This document shows, in pieces, positions 56,478 through 64,000 of a stretch of 64,000 nucleotides of DNA. The stretch spans positions 2,541 to 66,540 of the forward strand of contig JALHRS010000020.1 of assembly GCA_022841325.1 (NCBI GenBank), written 5' to 3'. A program made the translations under genes and the position numbers. Numbering within the stretch: position 1 is the stretch's first letter; the number at the start of each line of letters is the position of its first letter. Under the pieces are notes generated by a model. That model ran no database searches, was not told where the DNA came from, and saw only the letters and a program-made list of their open reading frames with translations. The stretch is from Lysobacterales bacterium. GTDB taxonomy: Bacteria > Pseudomonadota > Gammaproteobacteria > Xanthomonadales > SZUA-5.

Positions 56478-57602
56478 ATGAGTATCGACTTCAATTCCTT
56501 CTTGAAACTGATGGTGCACAAGAAGGCATCGGATCTGTTCATCACCGCCGGTGTGCCGCCCTCCATGAAGGTGCACGGCCGCATCGCCCCGATCACGCAG
56601 GCGGCCTTGACGCCGCAGCAAAGTCGCGATCTGGTGCTTTCGGTCATGACTCCTTCGCAACGCGAGGAGTTTGAGAAAACCCACGAGTGTCAGTTCGCGA
56701 TCAGTCTGCAGGGTGTGGGCCGTTTCCGCGTCAGCTGTTTCTATCAGCGCAATCAGGTCGGCATGGTGCTGCGCCGCATCGAGACCAAGATCCCGACGCT
56801 GGACGAACTCAGCCTGCCGCCGATCCTGAAAACACTGGCCATGACCAAGCGTGGCCTGATCATCTTTGTCGGTGCCACCGGTACCGGTAAATCGACCTCA
56901 CTGGCGGCGATGCTGGGTTATCGCAACCAGAATTCCACCGGTCACATCATCACCATCGAGGACCCGATCGAATTCGTGCACAAGCACGAGGGCTGCATCA
57001 TTTCGCAGCGCGAAGTGGGCATCGATACCGACAGCTTCGAACTGGCGCTGAAGAACACGCTGCGTCAGGCGCCGGACGTCATCCTGATCGGTGAGGTGCG
57101 CGCCCGTGAGACCATGGATCACGCCATCACCTTCGCCGAAACCGGTCATCTGTGTCTGTGCACGCTGCATGCGAACAACGCCAACCAGGCCATCGACCGC
57201 ATCCTGCATTTCTTCCCGGAAGACCGCCGCCCGCAGCTGCTGATGGATCTGTCGCTGAATCTGAAGGGCATCGTCGCCCAGCAGCTGATCCCGACGCCGG
57301 ACGGCAAGGGCCGTCGTGTGGCCATGGAAGTGCTGCTGGGTACGCCGCTGGTGCAGGACTACATCCGTCAGGGCGAGGTGCACAAGCTCAAGGACGTCAT
57401 GAAGGAGTCCACCAACCTCGGCATGCGCACCTTCGACCAGAGCCTGTTCGAGCTTTATCAGGCCGGCGAAATCAGTTACGAAGACGCGCTGCGTCACGCC
57501 GATTCCGCCAACGAAGTGCGCCTGCGCATCAAACTGGCTCAAGGCGGCGATGCCCACACGCTGTCGGCCGGCATGGAAGGCGTGGAGCTGATCGAGCGCT
57601 GA
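56478..57602 (+). CDS. pilU: Type IV pilus ATPase PilU
   Basis: PilT-paralogue motifs: GATGTGKST, LIGEVRA, GHLCLCTLHA. GGAGGG RBS. Confidence 0.93.
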   Translation: MSIDFNSFLKLMVHKKASDLFITAGVPPSMKVHGRIAPITQAALTPQQSRDLVLSVMTPSQREEFEKTHECQFAISLQGVGRFRVSCFYQRNQVGMVLRRIETKIPTLDELSLPPILKTLAMTKRGLIIFVGATGTGKSTSLAAMLGYRNQNSTGHIITIEDPIEFVHKHEGCIISQREVGIDTDSFELALKNTLRQAPDVILIGEVRARETMDHAITFAETGHLCLCTLHANNANQAIDRILHFFPEDRRPQLLMDLSLNLKGIVAQQLIPTPDGKGRRVAMEVLLGTPLVQDYIRQGEVHKLKDVMKESTNLGMRTFDQSLFELYQAGEISYEDALRHADSANEVRLRIKLAQGGDAHTLSAGMEGVELIER

Positions 57603-57610
57603 GCTGGGCT

Positions 57611-57673
57611 GGTTGCCGGATGTGGGTTGCCGGTTGTGGGTTGTCGGTTGTCGGTTGTCGGTTGTCGGTTGTG
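57611..57673. repeat. Heptamer array, copy D: nine GGTTG(Y)(S)-type units (GGTTGTC x4 core)
   Basis: Units counted by hand. Starts 9 nt after the pilU stop. Confidence 0.88.
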
Positions 57674-57695
57674 GGAGCGGACTTTGTCCGCGATC
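57671..57695. repeat. REP-like hairpin GTGGGAGCGGACTTTGTCCGCGATC
   Basis: Same core as 27894 and, inverted, 49748-49843. Confidence 0.75.
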
Positions 57696-57704
57696 GCTCC
57701 AGCC

Positions 57705-57773
57705 GTAGGGCGGAACCCGCCCGCGACTCCGCCTGAGCAAGCGAAGCACTCCCACAGGCGGATTCCGCCCTAC
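57705..57773. terminator. Hairpin GTAGGGCGGAA ... TTCCGCCCTAC between convergent pilU and hda
   Basis: 11-bp arms at 57705-15 and 57763-73. The right arm overlaps the hda stop codon. No T-run. Confidence 0.35.
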
Positions 57774-58447
57774 GACAGCACTTCCTTCAGCAGCGGCACG
57801 GTGATGCGGCGGCTTCGGGCCAGGGCTTCGCGGTCGAGGTCGGCGAGGGTCTGCAGCAGGGTGCGCAGATCGCGGCTGTGGTGTCGCAGCAGATAATCGG
57901 CGGCGGCCTCGTCCAGCGGCATGCCGGCGTGCCCGGCGCGTTGCATCAGGATGGCCTTGCGGGCCTCGTCGTCGTGGCGTTCGATGCGCAGCATCTCTGA
58001 TCTGGCCAGGCGCGAAGCCAGGTCCGGCAGTATGGCGGTTGCAGCATCCGATTCGCTGCCCAGAGCCAGCAGCAGGGCGCGCTGGCGATCATGCTGGCGG
58101 TTGATTTCGGCAAACAGCCATTCCGCCAGCGCGCGGTCGCCCAGCGCCAGTCCAACATCATCAATGGCCACCAGTTCAGCATCCAGCGGCTCTGCGGGCG
58201 TGCCCGCTTGCAAGCGCGCCAGGGGCAGATAGACCGCGCTGTGCCCCGCGGCCCGCGCGGCATCGCAGCAGGCCATCAGCAGATGAGTCTTGCCGGACGA
58301 CGGTCCGCCGCCCACCAACACCTGCGAGGAACCCGGACTGTCGGCGAGCGCCCGCAGGCGAGCCAGCAGCAAGCTGTCGTTGCCAGCCCAGAAACTGTCG
58401 AAATCCGGCGTGCCCAGCCCGCCGAGCGCCAATGGCATCTGACTCAT
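57770..58447 (-). CDS. hda: DnaA regulatory inactivator Hda
   Basis: Short AAA+ protein (GGPSSGKTHLL Walker A). Position next to the perM-like gene, near purMN. Confidence 0.85.
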   Translation of the reverse strand: MSQMPLALGGLGTPDFDSFWAGNDSLLLARLRALADSPGSSQVLVGGGPSSGKTHLLMACCDAARAAGHSAVYLPLARLQAGTPAEPLDAELVAIDDVGLALGDRALAEWLFAEINRQHDRQRALLLALGSESDAATAILPDLASRLARSEMLRIERHDDEARKAILMQRAGHAGMPLDEAAADYLLRHHSRDLRTLLQTLADLDREALARSRRITVPLLKEVLS

Positions 58448-59739
58448 CTGGGTTTGGGTTTCGACGGTTTGCGCCGTGCGGCCTTGGGTTTGGCTGCGGC
58501 GGTTGGAGCGAGTGTCGGAGTTGGAGCTGGAGTTGGAGCTGGAGTTGGAGCTGGAGTTGGAGCTGGTGTTGGAGCTGAGGCCGGTGTCGGTGTCGGTTCA
58601 GAGGCCAAAGCCGAGTCCGAAGCCAAAGCCGAATCCGAAGCCGAGCCCGAAGCCGAATCTGAAGCCAGCGCAGGTGCCGGGCCTGCGCCTTCGCGATAGA
58701 GGCCGCTGGCCACGTACTGCTCGTGGACGTGGCGCAGCACCACCATCAGCACCGCCGTGACCGGCAGCGCCAGCAGGATGCCGATGAAACCGAACAGTTG
58801 CCCGCCGGCGAGGATGGCGAAGATCACCGCGACCGGATGCAGGCCGATGCGGTCACCGACCAGCCAGGGCGTGAGCACGAAACCTTCCAGCGTCTGGCCG
58901 ACACCGAAGACGGCCAGCACGTAGACCACGTGGATGAGGTCGCGATGCTCGACCAGCGCCGCGATGACGGCGCCGCCGACGCCGAGAATGCTGCCCAGGT
59001 AGGGCACGAAGCTCAGCAGCCCTGCACTCATGCCGATCAGGAAGGCCAGTTTCAGTCCGGCCAGCCACAAGCCGAAGGAGTAGATCAGGCCCAGCGCCAG
59101 CATCACCGCGAGCTGGCCGCGCAGGAAGGCGCTCAGCACCTCGTCCGATTGCCGGGCGATGTTGACCACGCGCGCTTCGACCGTACGCGGCAGCAGCTCG
59201 CGCACGCGCTCGATCATCAGATCCCAGTCGCGCAGGAAGTAGAAACTCACCACCGGAATCAGCAGCAGGTTCATGATCCAGCCGATGATGGCCAGACCGG
59301 ATTTGGACACCGAGGCGATGACCGTGGCGGCGATGCCGCCGGCCTGCTGCCAGTGTGATTTAAGCATGGCCACGATCTGATCGGTGCTGAACAGCTCCGG
59401 ATCGACGCCCAGATGCTCCACCAGGAAGGGCATCAGGCGTTCGCGTATCCAGCCGATGTACAGCGGCAGTTTCTCCACCAGCGTGCTGATCTGGGCTTCC
59501 AGCAGCGGGATCAGGATCAGCGGCAACAGCAGCAGCACCAGGGTCATGACCGCGAACACGATCGACACCGCCGCGCTGCGCCCCAGCCCTCGCGACTGCA
59601 GTCGATCGACCAGCGGATCGCCCAGATAGGCCAGCAGGGCCGCCATCGCGAAGGGCGTGAGAACGGGCCCGAGCAGGTACAGCAGCAGGCCGATGCCGAA
59701 CAGGATGGCCAGCAGTTGCCAGCGGTGGGTCATGGTCAT
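58444..59739 (-). CDS. AI-2E family transporter (PerM-like) with a repeat-encoded low-complexity C-terminal tail
   Basis: Eight-TM AI-2E-type core. Tail ASDSA.. / (TPAP)n / KPKAARRKPSKPKPR. Stop overlaps the hda start (ATGA). Confidence 0.85.
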   Translation of the reverse strand: MTMTHRWQLLAILFGIGLLLYLLGPVLTPFAMAALLAYLGDPLVDRLQSRGLGRSAAVSIVFAVMTLVLLLLPLILIPLLEAQISTLVEKLPLYIGWIRERLMPFLVEHLGVDPELFSTDQIVAMLKSHWQQAGGIAATVIASVSKSGLAIIGWIMNLLLIPVVSFYFLRDWDLMIERVRELLPRTVEARVVNIARQSDEVLSAFLRGQLAVMLALGLIYSFGLWLAGLKLAFLIGMSAGLLSFVPYLGSILGVGGAVIAALVEHRDLIHVVYVLAVFGVGQTLEGFVLTPWLVGDRIGLHPVAVIFAILAGGQLFGFIGILLALPVTAVLMVVLRHVHEQYVASGLYREGAGPAPALASDSASGSASDSALASDSALASEPTPTPASAPTPAPTPAPTPAPTPAPTPTLAPTAAAKPKAARRKPSKPKPR

Positions 59740-60311
59740 GAGTGCCTATCCCCGATTCGTCGTGCCTTGATACTCCAGCGCCGCACATAGTCGACGCCAC
59801 TGACCAGCAGCAGTCCGGCACAGGCCAGGATCAGCGTCTCGATCAGCCAGGCCGGTATCTGCGCCTGGACGTTCTGCCACAGCAGCAGTACCACCAGCAG
59901 CAACAGCGCTGCGGTCGTGATCTTGCCGACGATGGTCGGCGCCGCGTGCAACGGCGCGTAGTTGAAATGGAAAGCCACGGCGCCGCTGACGATCACCAGA
60001 TCGCGGATGGCAATCAGCCCCAGCAGCCAGTAGGGCAGGTCGCCGTGTGCGGTCAGCGCAATGCACACCGACAGCACCAGCGCCTTGTCGGCCAGCGGGT
60101 CGAGCCAGCCGCCCAGCTGCGATTGCCAGTGATAGCGCTTGGCCAGCCAGCCGTCGATGCCATCGGTGGCGCCGGCAGTGATGAACAAGGCCATCGCCAG
60201 CACGCTTTCGTCGTACACCACGAGCAAAGCGATCGGTACCGCCATCAACAGACGCAGCACCGACAGCGCGTTCGGCAGATGGCGCAATCTGGAGCGGCTG
60301 AGATCAGGCAT
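59736..60311 (-). CDS. CDP-alcohol phosphatidyltransferase family protein (PgsA-like)
   Basis: DGIDGWLAKRYHWQSQLGGWLDPLADK motif (D-G-x2-A-R-x8-G-x3-D-x3-D). Confidence 0.85.
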   Translation of the reverse strand: MPDLSRSRLRHLPNALSVLRLLMAVPIALLVVYDESVLAMALFITAGATDGIDGWLAKRYHWQSQLGGWLDPLADKALVLSVCIALTAHGDLPYWLLGLIAIRDLVIVSGAVAFHFNYAPLHAAPTIVGKITTAALLLLVVLLLWQNVQAQIPAWLIETLILACAGLLLVSGVDYVRRWSIKARRIGDRHS

Positions 60312-60324
60312 CCGCTGGGTCCGT

Positions 60325-61335
60325 TCAGCGCAGATCGAGCACGACGGCGCCGTCGCTGCTGTCTCCGGCCACGTTCAGCAGATCGCTCATCGGCAGGATC
60401 TGCCGCAGTCGCTCCTGGCCACCGGCAACCGTCAGATCCAGATTCATGGAGTCGGCCGCGGCGCTGCTGAGGTGTATCTCCCGCACTACCGACAATGACT
60501 CCAGATAGGCGTAGACGCGGGCAAAGTCACTGGCCGAGCGCAGACCACGAACCACCGCCGACACCTGGGCGGGGGTACTGTCAGCAGCGGCGAAGGCGTA
60601 GCGCGCGGCCAATCGGTTGGCGGTTTCGTCAGCCACCGCGCGCAGGGCCGAGGCCTGATCTGGACCACGGACCTCGAAACTCTCCTCGCGTTCGCCATCG
60701 CCGTAGGCAAAGCGCGCGACCACGCCATCGGCGGTCGCGTACAGACGCCCGGCGAGCACGCCGGGAGCGCCAAAGCGGCTGGCGACACTGCGCAGCGAGC
60801 CCACCTTGCCGCGTTCGACATCGATCACCGAGGGCGCGTCTTCGCCACCGATCAGCGCCGCCTTGAGTTCGATGCCGCGCTCGCTGCCCCGGCGCAGCAA
60901 TGGCGCCAGCTGGGTGCTGCCGAGAAAGTCGGTTCCGGAATCGCCCACCACCCAGACCATCAGCGTCGGCCGTTCGCGCGCCCAGCGCGCCAGGCCGCTG
61001 GAATTGACCAGCTTGTTGATCGCACGCGGCTCGAAATTCGCGGCGTAATAGAGTTTCAGCGCCGGAACCGGGCCGGAACGGTCGACGTCCTGGCGGTAGT
61101 AGAAAGCCTGGATCAGCGGTTCGGGGTTGGCCAGTGCTGCCTGTACCTCGGCGCGCTGTGCCGCCGAGGGGTCGCCGGAGACCTTGACCAGCACCTGTTT
61201 CAGGGCTTCGGTCATGGCCACCTTGCGGGCAGCTTCATCCTGCCCGGAGACCGGTACTTCTCCGGTATAGACATCGGAGGCGGCCAGCGGCGCGATGAGT
61301 GTCAGCAACAATCCAATCAACCAAATCCGGCGCAT
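60325..61335 (-). CDS. DUF2066-family exported protein
   Basis: Signal peptide [19 protein letters not shown]. Conserved position upstream of purM in gammaproteobacteria. Family assigned from memory. Confidence 0.55.
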   Translation of the reverse strand: MRRIWLIGLLLTLIAPLAASDVYTGEVPVSGQDEAARKVAMTEALKQVLVKVSGDPSAAQRAEVQAALANPEPLIQAFYYRQDVDRSGPVPALKLYYAANFEPRAINKLVNSSGLARWARERPTLMVWVVGDSGTDFLGSTQLAPLLRRGSERGIELKAALIGGEDAPSVIDVERGKVGSLRSVASRFGAPGVLAGRLYATADGVVARFAYGDGEREESFEVRGPDQASALRAVADETANRLAARYAFAAADSTPAQVSAVVRGLRSASDFARVYAYLESLSVVREIHLSSAAADSMNLDLTVAGGQERLRQILPMSDLLNVAGDSSDGAVVLDLR

Positions 61336-61479
61336 GCACAGCTCAACCGCAAAGTTCTGATACGCCAAGTATGGCAGGCACAGGCGCATTCAGACGAGGC
61401 TTGGCCCTGGCCACGGCGAGCTTCGGTTTCTTCGATCATGCCCGTATGCTTCGCGGCTTCACGCAAATGGTACCAGCCG

Positions 61480-62520
61480 ATGAGCGATAACAAGCCCCTG
61501 ACCTACCGCGATGCCGGGGTCGATATCGATGCCGGCAACACGCTGGTGGAGCGCATCAAGCCGGCCGTGCGCCGCACCATGCGCCCGGAAGTGCTGGCCG
61601 GCGTCGGCGGTTTCGGGGCCTCGGTGCGGGTGCCGCTGGAGCGTTTCAGGGAACCGGTGATGGTCTCGGGTACCGATGGCGTAGGCACCAAGCTGCGTCT
61701 GGCCCATCAACTCGGCCGCCACGACACCATCGGCATCGATCTGGTGGCCATGTGCGTCAATGATGTGCTGGTGCAGGGCGCCGAGCCGATCTTCTTCCTC
61801 GACTACTTTGCCACCGGCAAGCTGGAAGTCGAGGTGGCGGCGTCCGTGGTGGCCGGCATCGCCCGTGGTTGCGAGGAATCCGGCTGCGCCCTGGTCGGCG
61901 GTGAAACCGCCGAAATGCCCGATATGTACCCGCCGGGCGAATACGATCTGGCCGGCTTCTGCGTGGGCCTGGTCGAACGCTCGAAGATGCTCGATGGCAG
62001 TGCCGTGCGCGCCGGTCAGCGGCTGGTCGGTATTGCCAGTTCCGGACCGCATTCGAATGGCTATTCGCTGATCCGGCGCATCCTGGCCCGCGCCGGCGCC
62101 GATCTGAACGCCGATCTGGAGGGCCGTCCGCTGGCTGACCACCTGATGGCGCCGACCCAGCTCTATGTCAAACCGGTGCTGTCGCTGCTGGCCGACCTGC
62201 CGATCGCTGCCATGTCGCATATCACCGGCGGTGGTTTGACCGAGAACATCATCCGTGTGATCCCCGAGGGCCTGGGCATCCAGGTCGACAGCTCGCGCTG
62301 GCCGGAACCGGCGATCTTCCAGTGGCTGATGCAGGCCGGGCAGGTGGCGCGCAGCGAGATGTGGCGCACCTTCAATTGCGGCATCGGCTTCGTGCTGGTC
62401 CTGCCCGCAGAATCCGTGTCTGCGGCGATCGAACGCCTGCAAGCCCTGGGTCTGTCGGCTTACGATATCGGTGAAGTCAGCGAGCACGCCGGTGAGGCCG
62501 CCCGTGTCCGTATCGACTGA
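61480..62520 (+). CDS. purM: Phosphoribosylformylglycinamidine cyclo-ligase
   Basis: [23 protein letters not shown] and DYFATGKL motifs. Confidence 0.96.
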   Translation: MSDNKPLTYRDAGVDIDAGNTLVERIKPAVRRTMRPEVLAGVGGFGASVRVPLERFREPVMVSGTDGVGTKLRLAHQLGRHDTIGIDLVAMCVNDVLVQGAEPIFFLDYFATGKLEVEVAASVVAGIARGCEESGCALVGGETAEMPDMYPPGEYDLAGFCVGLVERSKMLDGSAVRAGQRLVGIASSGPHSNGYSLIRRILARAGADLNADLEGRPLADHLMAPTQLYVKPVLSLLADLPIAAMSHITGGGLTENIIRVIPEGLGIQVDSSRWPEPAIFQWLMQAGQVARSEMWRTFNCGIGFVLVLPAESVSAAIERLQALGLSAYDIGEVSEHAGEAARVRID

Positions 62521-63151
62521 GCATCTGCGCGTTGCGGTGCTGCTGTCGGGGCGGGGCAGTAACCTCGCCGCGCTGATCGAGGCCGCGGGGCAGGAATTGG
62601 CGATTGCACTGGTCGGCGCCTTTGGCGACCGTGCCGATGCGCCGGGGCTGGCCAGGGCGGCGGCGGCAGGCATTCCCACGGCGAGCTTCAGCCCGAAGAG
62701 CTACCCGGACAAGGCGAGCTTCGAGGCAGCCCTGTTCGCTGCGGTCGCCGCCAGTGGCGCCGAACTGGTTGTACTGGCCGGATTCATGCGCGTGCTCACG
62801 GCGCATACCGTGGAGCAGTGGCGTGGTCGGCTGATCAATATCCATCCGTCCCTGTTGCCCAAGTTCCAGGGCCTGCACACCCACGCGCGAGCCATCGAAG
62901 CCGGCGAACGCGAGCACGGCGCCAGCGTCCATTTCGTGACCCCGGTGCTGGATGGCGGTCCGGTATTGATGCAGACACGATTGCCGATCCTGCCCGACGA
63001 CACCCCGGAATCGCTGGCGACAAGGCTGCTGCCGCTGGAACATCGGCTGCTGGTCGCGGCCGTGCGGCTGTTTGCCGAACGCCGCGTGCGCCTCGATGGC
63101 GATCAGATTGCGGTGGATGGGCAAATGATTGGCGAGCCTCTGAAGTTGTAG
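62504..63151 (+). CDS. purN: Phosphoribosylglycinamide formyltransferase
   Basis: [18 protein letters not shown] and [14 protein letters not shown] motifs. GTG start overlaps the purM end. Confidence 0.93.
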   Translation: MSVSTEHLRVAVLLSGRGSNLAALIEAAGQELAIALVGAFGDRADAPGLARAAAAGIPTASFSPKSYPDKASFEAALFAAVAASGAELVVLAGFMRVLTAHTVEQWRGRLINIHPSLLPKFQGLHTHARAIEAGEREHGASVHFVTPVLDGGPVLMQTRLPILPDDTPESLATRLLPLEHRLLVAAVRLFAERRVRLDGDQIAVDGQMIGEPLKL

Positions 63152-63240
63152 TTGCACTGCTGTGAAGGGCGCCGCGCTGCGGCCGTGCTTCTGGATTTCT
63201 GCGCTACGCTGTCCGTGAACCCATTTCGTAAGTTGTTGAT

Positions 63241-63328
63241 GCGTCATTGCGAGGAACGCAGTGACGAAGCAATCCAGTGCTTCTGAGACCGTGCTTTCTG
63301 GATTGCTTCGCTACGCTCGCAATGACGC
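63241..63328. repeat. Family-2 palindromic element, second copy
   Basis: GCGTCATTGCGAGGAACGCAGTGACGAAGCAATCCAG ... CTGGATTGCTTCGCTACGCTCGCAATGACGC. Shares the CGTAAGTTGTTGAT flank with 11457-11469. Confidence 0.85.
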
Positions 63329-63376
63329 ATCAACCACTCGCGATCTCGGTTCTGGGGTACGCCGCTTCCTCTGGCA

Positions 63377-63586
63377 CCCACAACCCACAACCCACAACCC
63401 ACAACCCACAACCCACAACCCACAACCAACAACCAACAACCAACAACCAACAACCAACAACCAACAACCAACAACCAACAACCAACAACCAACAACCAAC
63501 AACCCACAACCCACAACCCACAACCCACAACCCACAACCAACAACCCACAACCAACAACCGACAACCAACAACCGACAACCGACAA
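63377..63586. repeat. Heptamer array, copy E: 30 tandem CC(C/A/G)ACAA units
   Basis: Counted by hand: CCCACAA x7, CCAACAA x11, CCCACAA x5, then a mix of 7 units including CCGACAA x3. Confidence 0.95.
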
Positions 63587-63667
63587 CCGCTCCAAACCCC
63601 CGATAAGCGCGCATTCATGCGTCAGGGGCTGGAATGCACGTCCAAGTCCAGGTGCACATGATTGCCG

Positions 63668-64000
63668 ATGAAGTCTTCAAGCTTTTTGGGAATGACGCTG
63701 TTGCTGGCCTCGGCCTGCAACAGCGCCAGCGCACTCGAGGCCTTCGAGGCGCGCTTTGCCGTGAGTCGCAATGACAAGGCGCTGGGAACCATGGACATGC
63801 GGTTGTCGGCCCCGGCGCCGGGTCAGTGGCTGTTCGTCAGTCGCACCCAAGGCCAGAAAGGTCTGGCCGGATTCCTCGGTGTCAGCATCGAGGAGCGCTC
63901 GCAACTGGTCGAGTCCGAGCGCGGCCTGACCACGCAGAGCTATTCCTACCAGCAGGACATGGTCGGTCGTCACCGCAAGCGCCAGCTCATGGTGGGCGCC
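63668..64000 (+). CDS. DUF3108-like lipoprotein, 5' portion (runs off the window end)
   Basis: My own translation: MKSSSFLGMTLLLASACNSASALEAFEARFAVSRNDKALGTMDMRL... Lipobox LLASAC. Open to the window end. A DUF3108 gene commonly follows purN. Family assigned from memory. Confidence 0.55.
   Translation, partial: MKSSSFLGMTLLLASACNSASALEAFEARFAVSRNDKALGTMDMRLSAPAPGQWLFVSRTQGQKGLAGFLGVSIEERSQLVESERGLTTQSYSYQQDMVGRHRKRQLMVGA

Noticed and set aside
58476-58760. 94-aa + strand ORF with an ELELELEL repeat.
   Set aside because: It is the opposite-strand reading of the 12-nt repeats that encode the AI-2E transporter tail. There is no independent support.
63377-63586. Possible CRISPR array, given the regular repeats.
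   Set aside because: The repeat unit is only 7 nt, there are no unique spacers, and no cas genes lie in the window. It is a microsatellite-type tandem repeat.
63261-63671. Several 94-136-aa ORFs on both strands reading TTNNQQPTT... or VVGCWLLVVGC... Similar ORFs lie at 35314-36084, 35508-35999, 45354-45704 and 57152-57755.
   Set aside because: They are open only because a 7-nt repeat lacking stop triplets is open in all phases. Their peptide periodicity is exactly 7 aa (21 nt), and they have no start context or RBS.

Overview
High-GC (about 65%) gammaproteobacterial core chromosome. Gene order resembles Xanthomonadales/Nevskiales: recX-alaS-csrA; a six-tRNA cluster followed by tig-clpP-clpX-lon-hupB-tRNAs-ppiD; fabI; mltD-like/yafS-like/rnhA/dnaQ; moaACDE; tRNA-Ser-ffs-dnaX-ybaB-recR; an MdtABC-like efflux operon; yggS/pilT/pilU; hda-perM-like...purM-purN. 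I support about 50 CDS, 11 tRNAs, one SRP RNA, two sigma32-type and several sigma70-type promoters, and several intrinsic terminators. No integrase, transposase, CRISPR array or recognisable defence system is visible, so I found no novel protein-encoded system. The most unusual content is non-coding. Intergenic spacers hold at least eight repeat families. The most striking is a composite element of heptanucleotide tandem arrays (GGGGCAC and GGTTGTY/CCNACAA), a conserved linker and a 21-nt palindrome. It occurs at five loci (30.2, 35.5, 45.4, 57.6 and 63.4 kb), one of them between the two RND permease genes of the efflux cluster. Secondary points: an uncharacterised exported ORF translationally coupled between pilT and pilU; a multihaem cytochrome / Hanks kinase / PP2C cluster with an orphan solute-binding-protein gene fragment; a roughly 44-aa insertion in AlaRS; a repeat-encoded tail on an AI-2E transporter; and a multi-helix structured element upstream of an MBL-moaACDE operon. 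All product calls rest on motif recognition and synteny from memory, since no database search was possible. Start codons were chosen by RBS, overlap and N-terminal logic and may be off.
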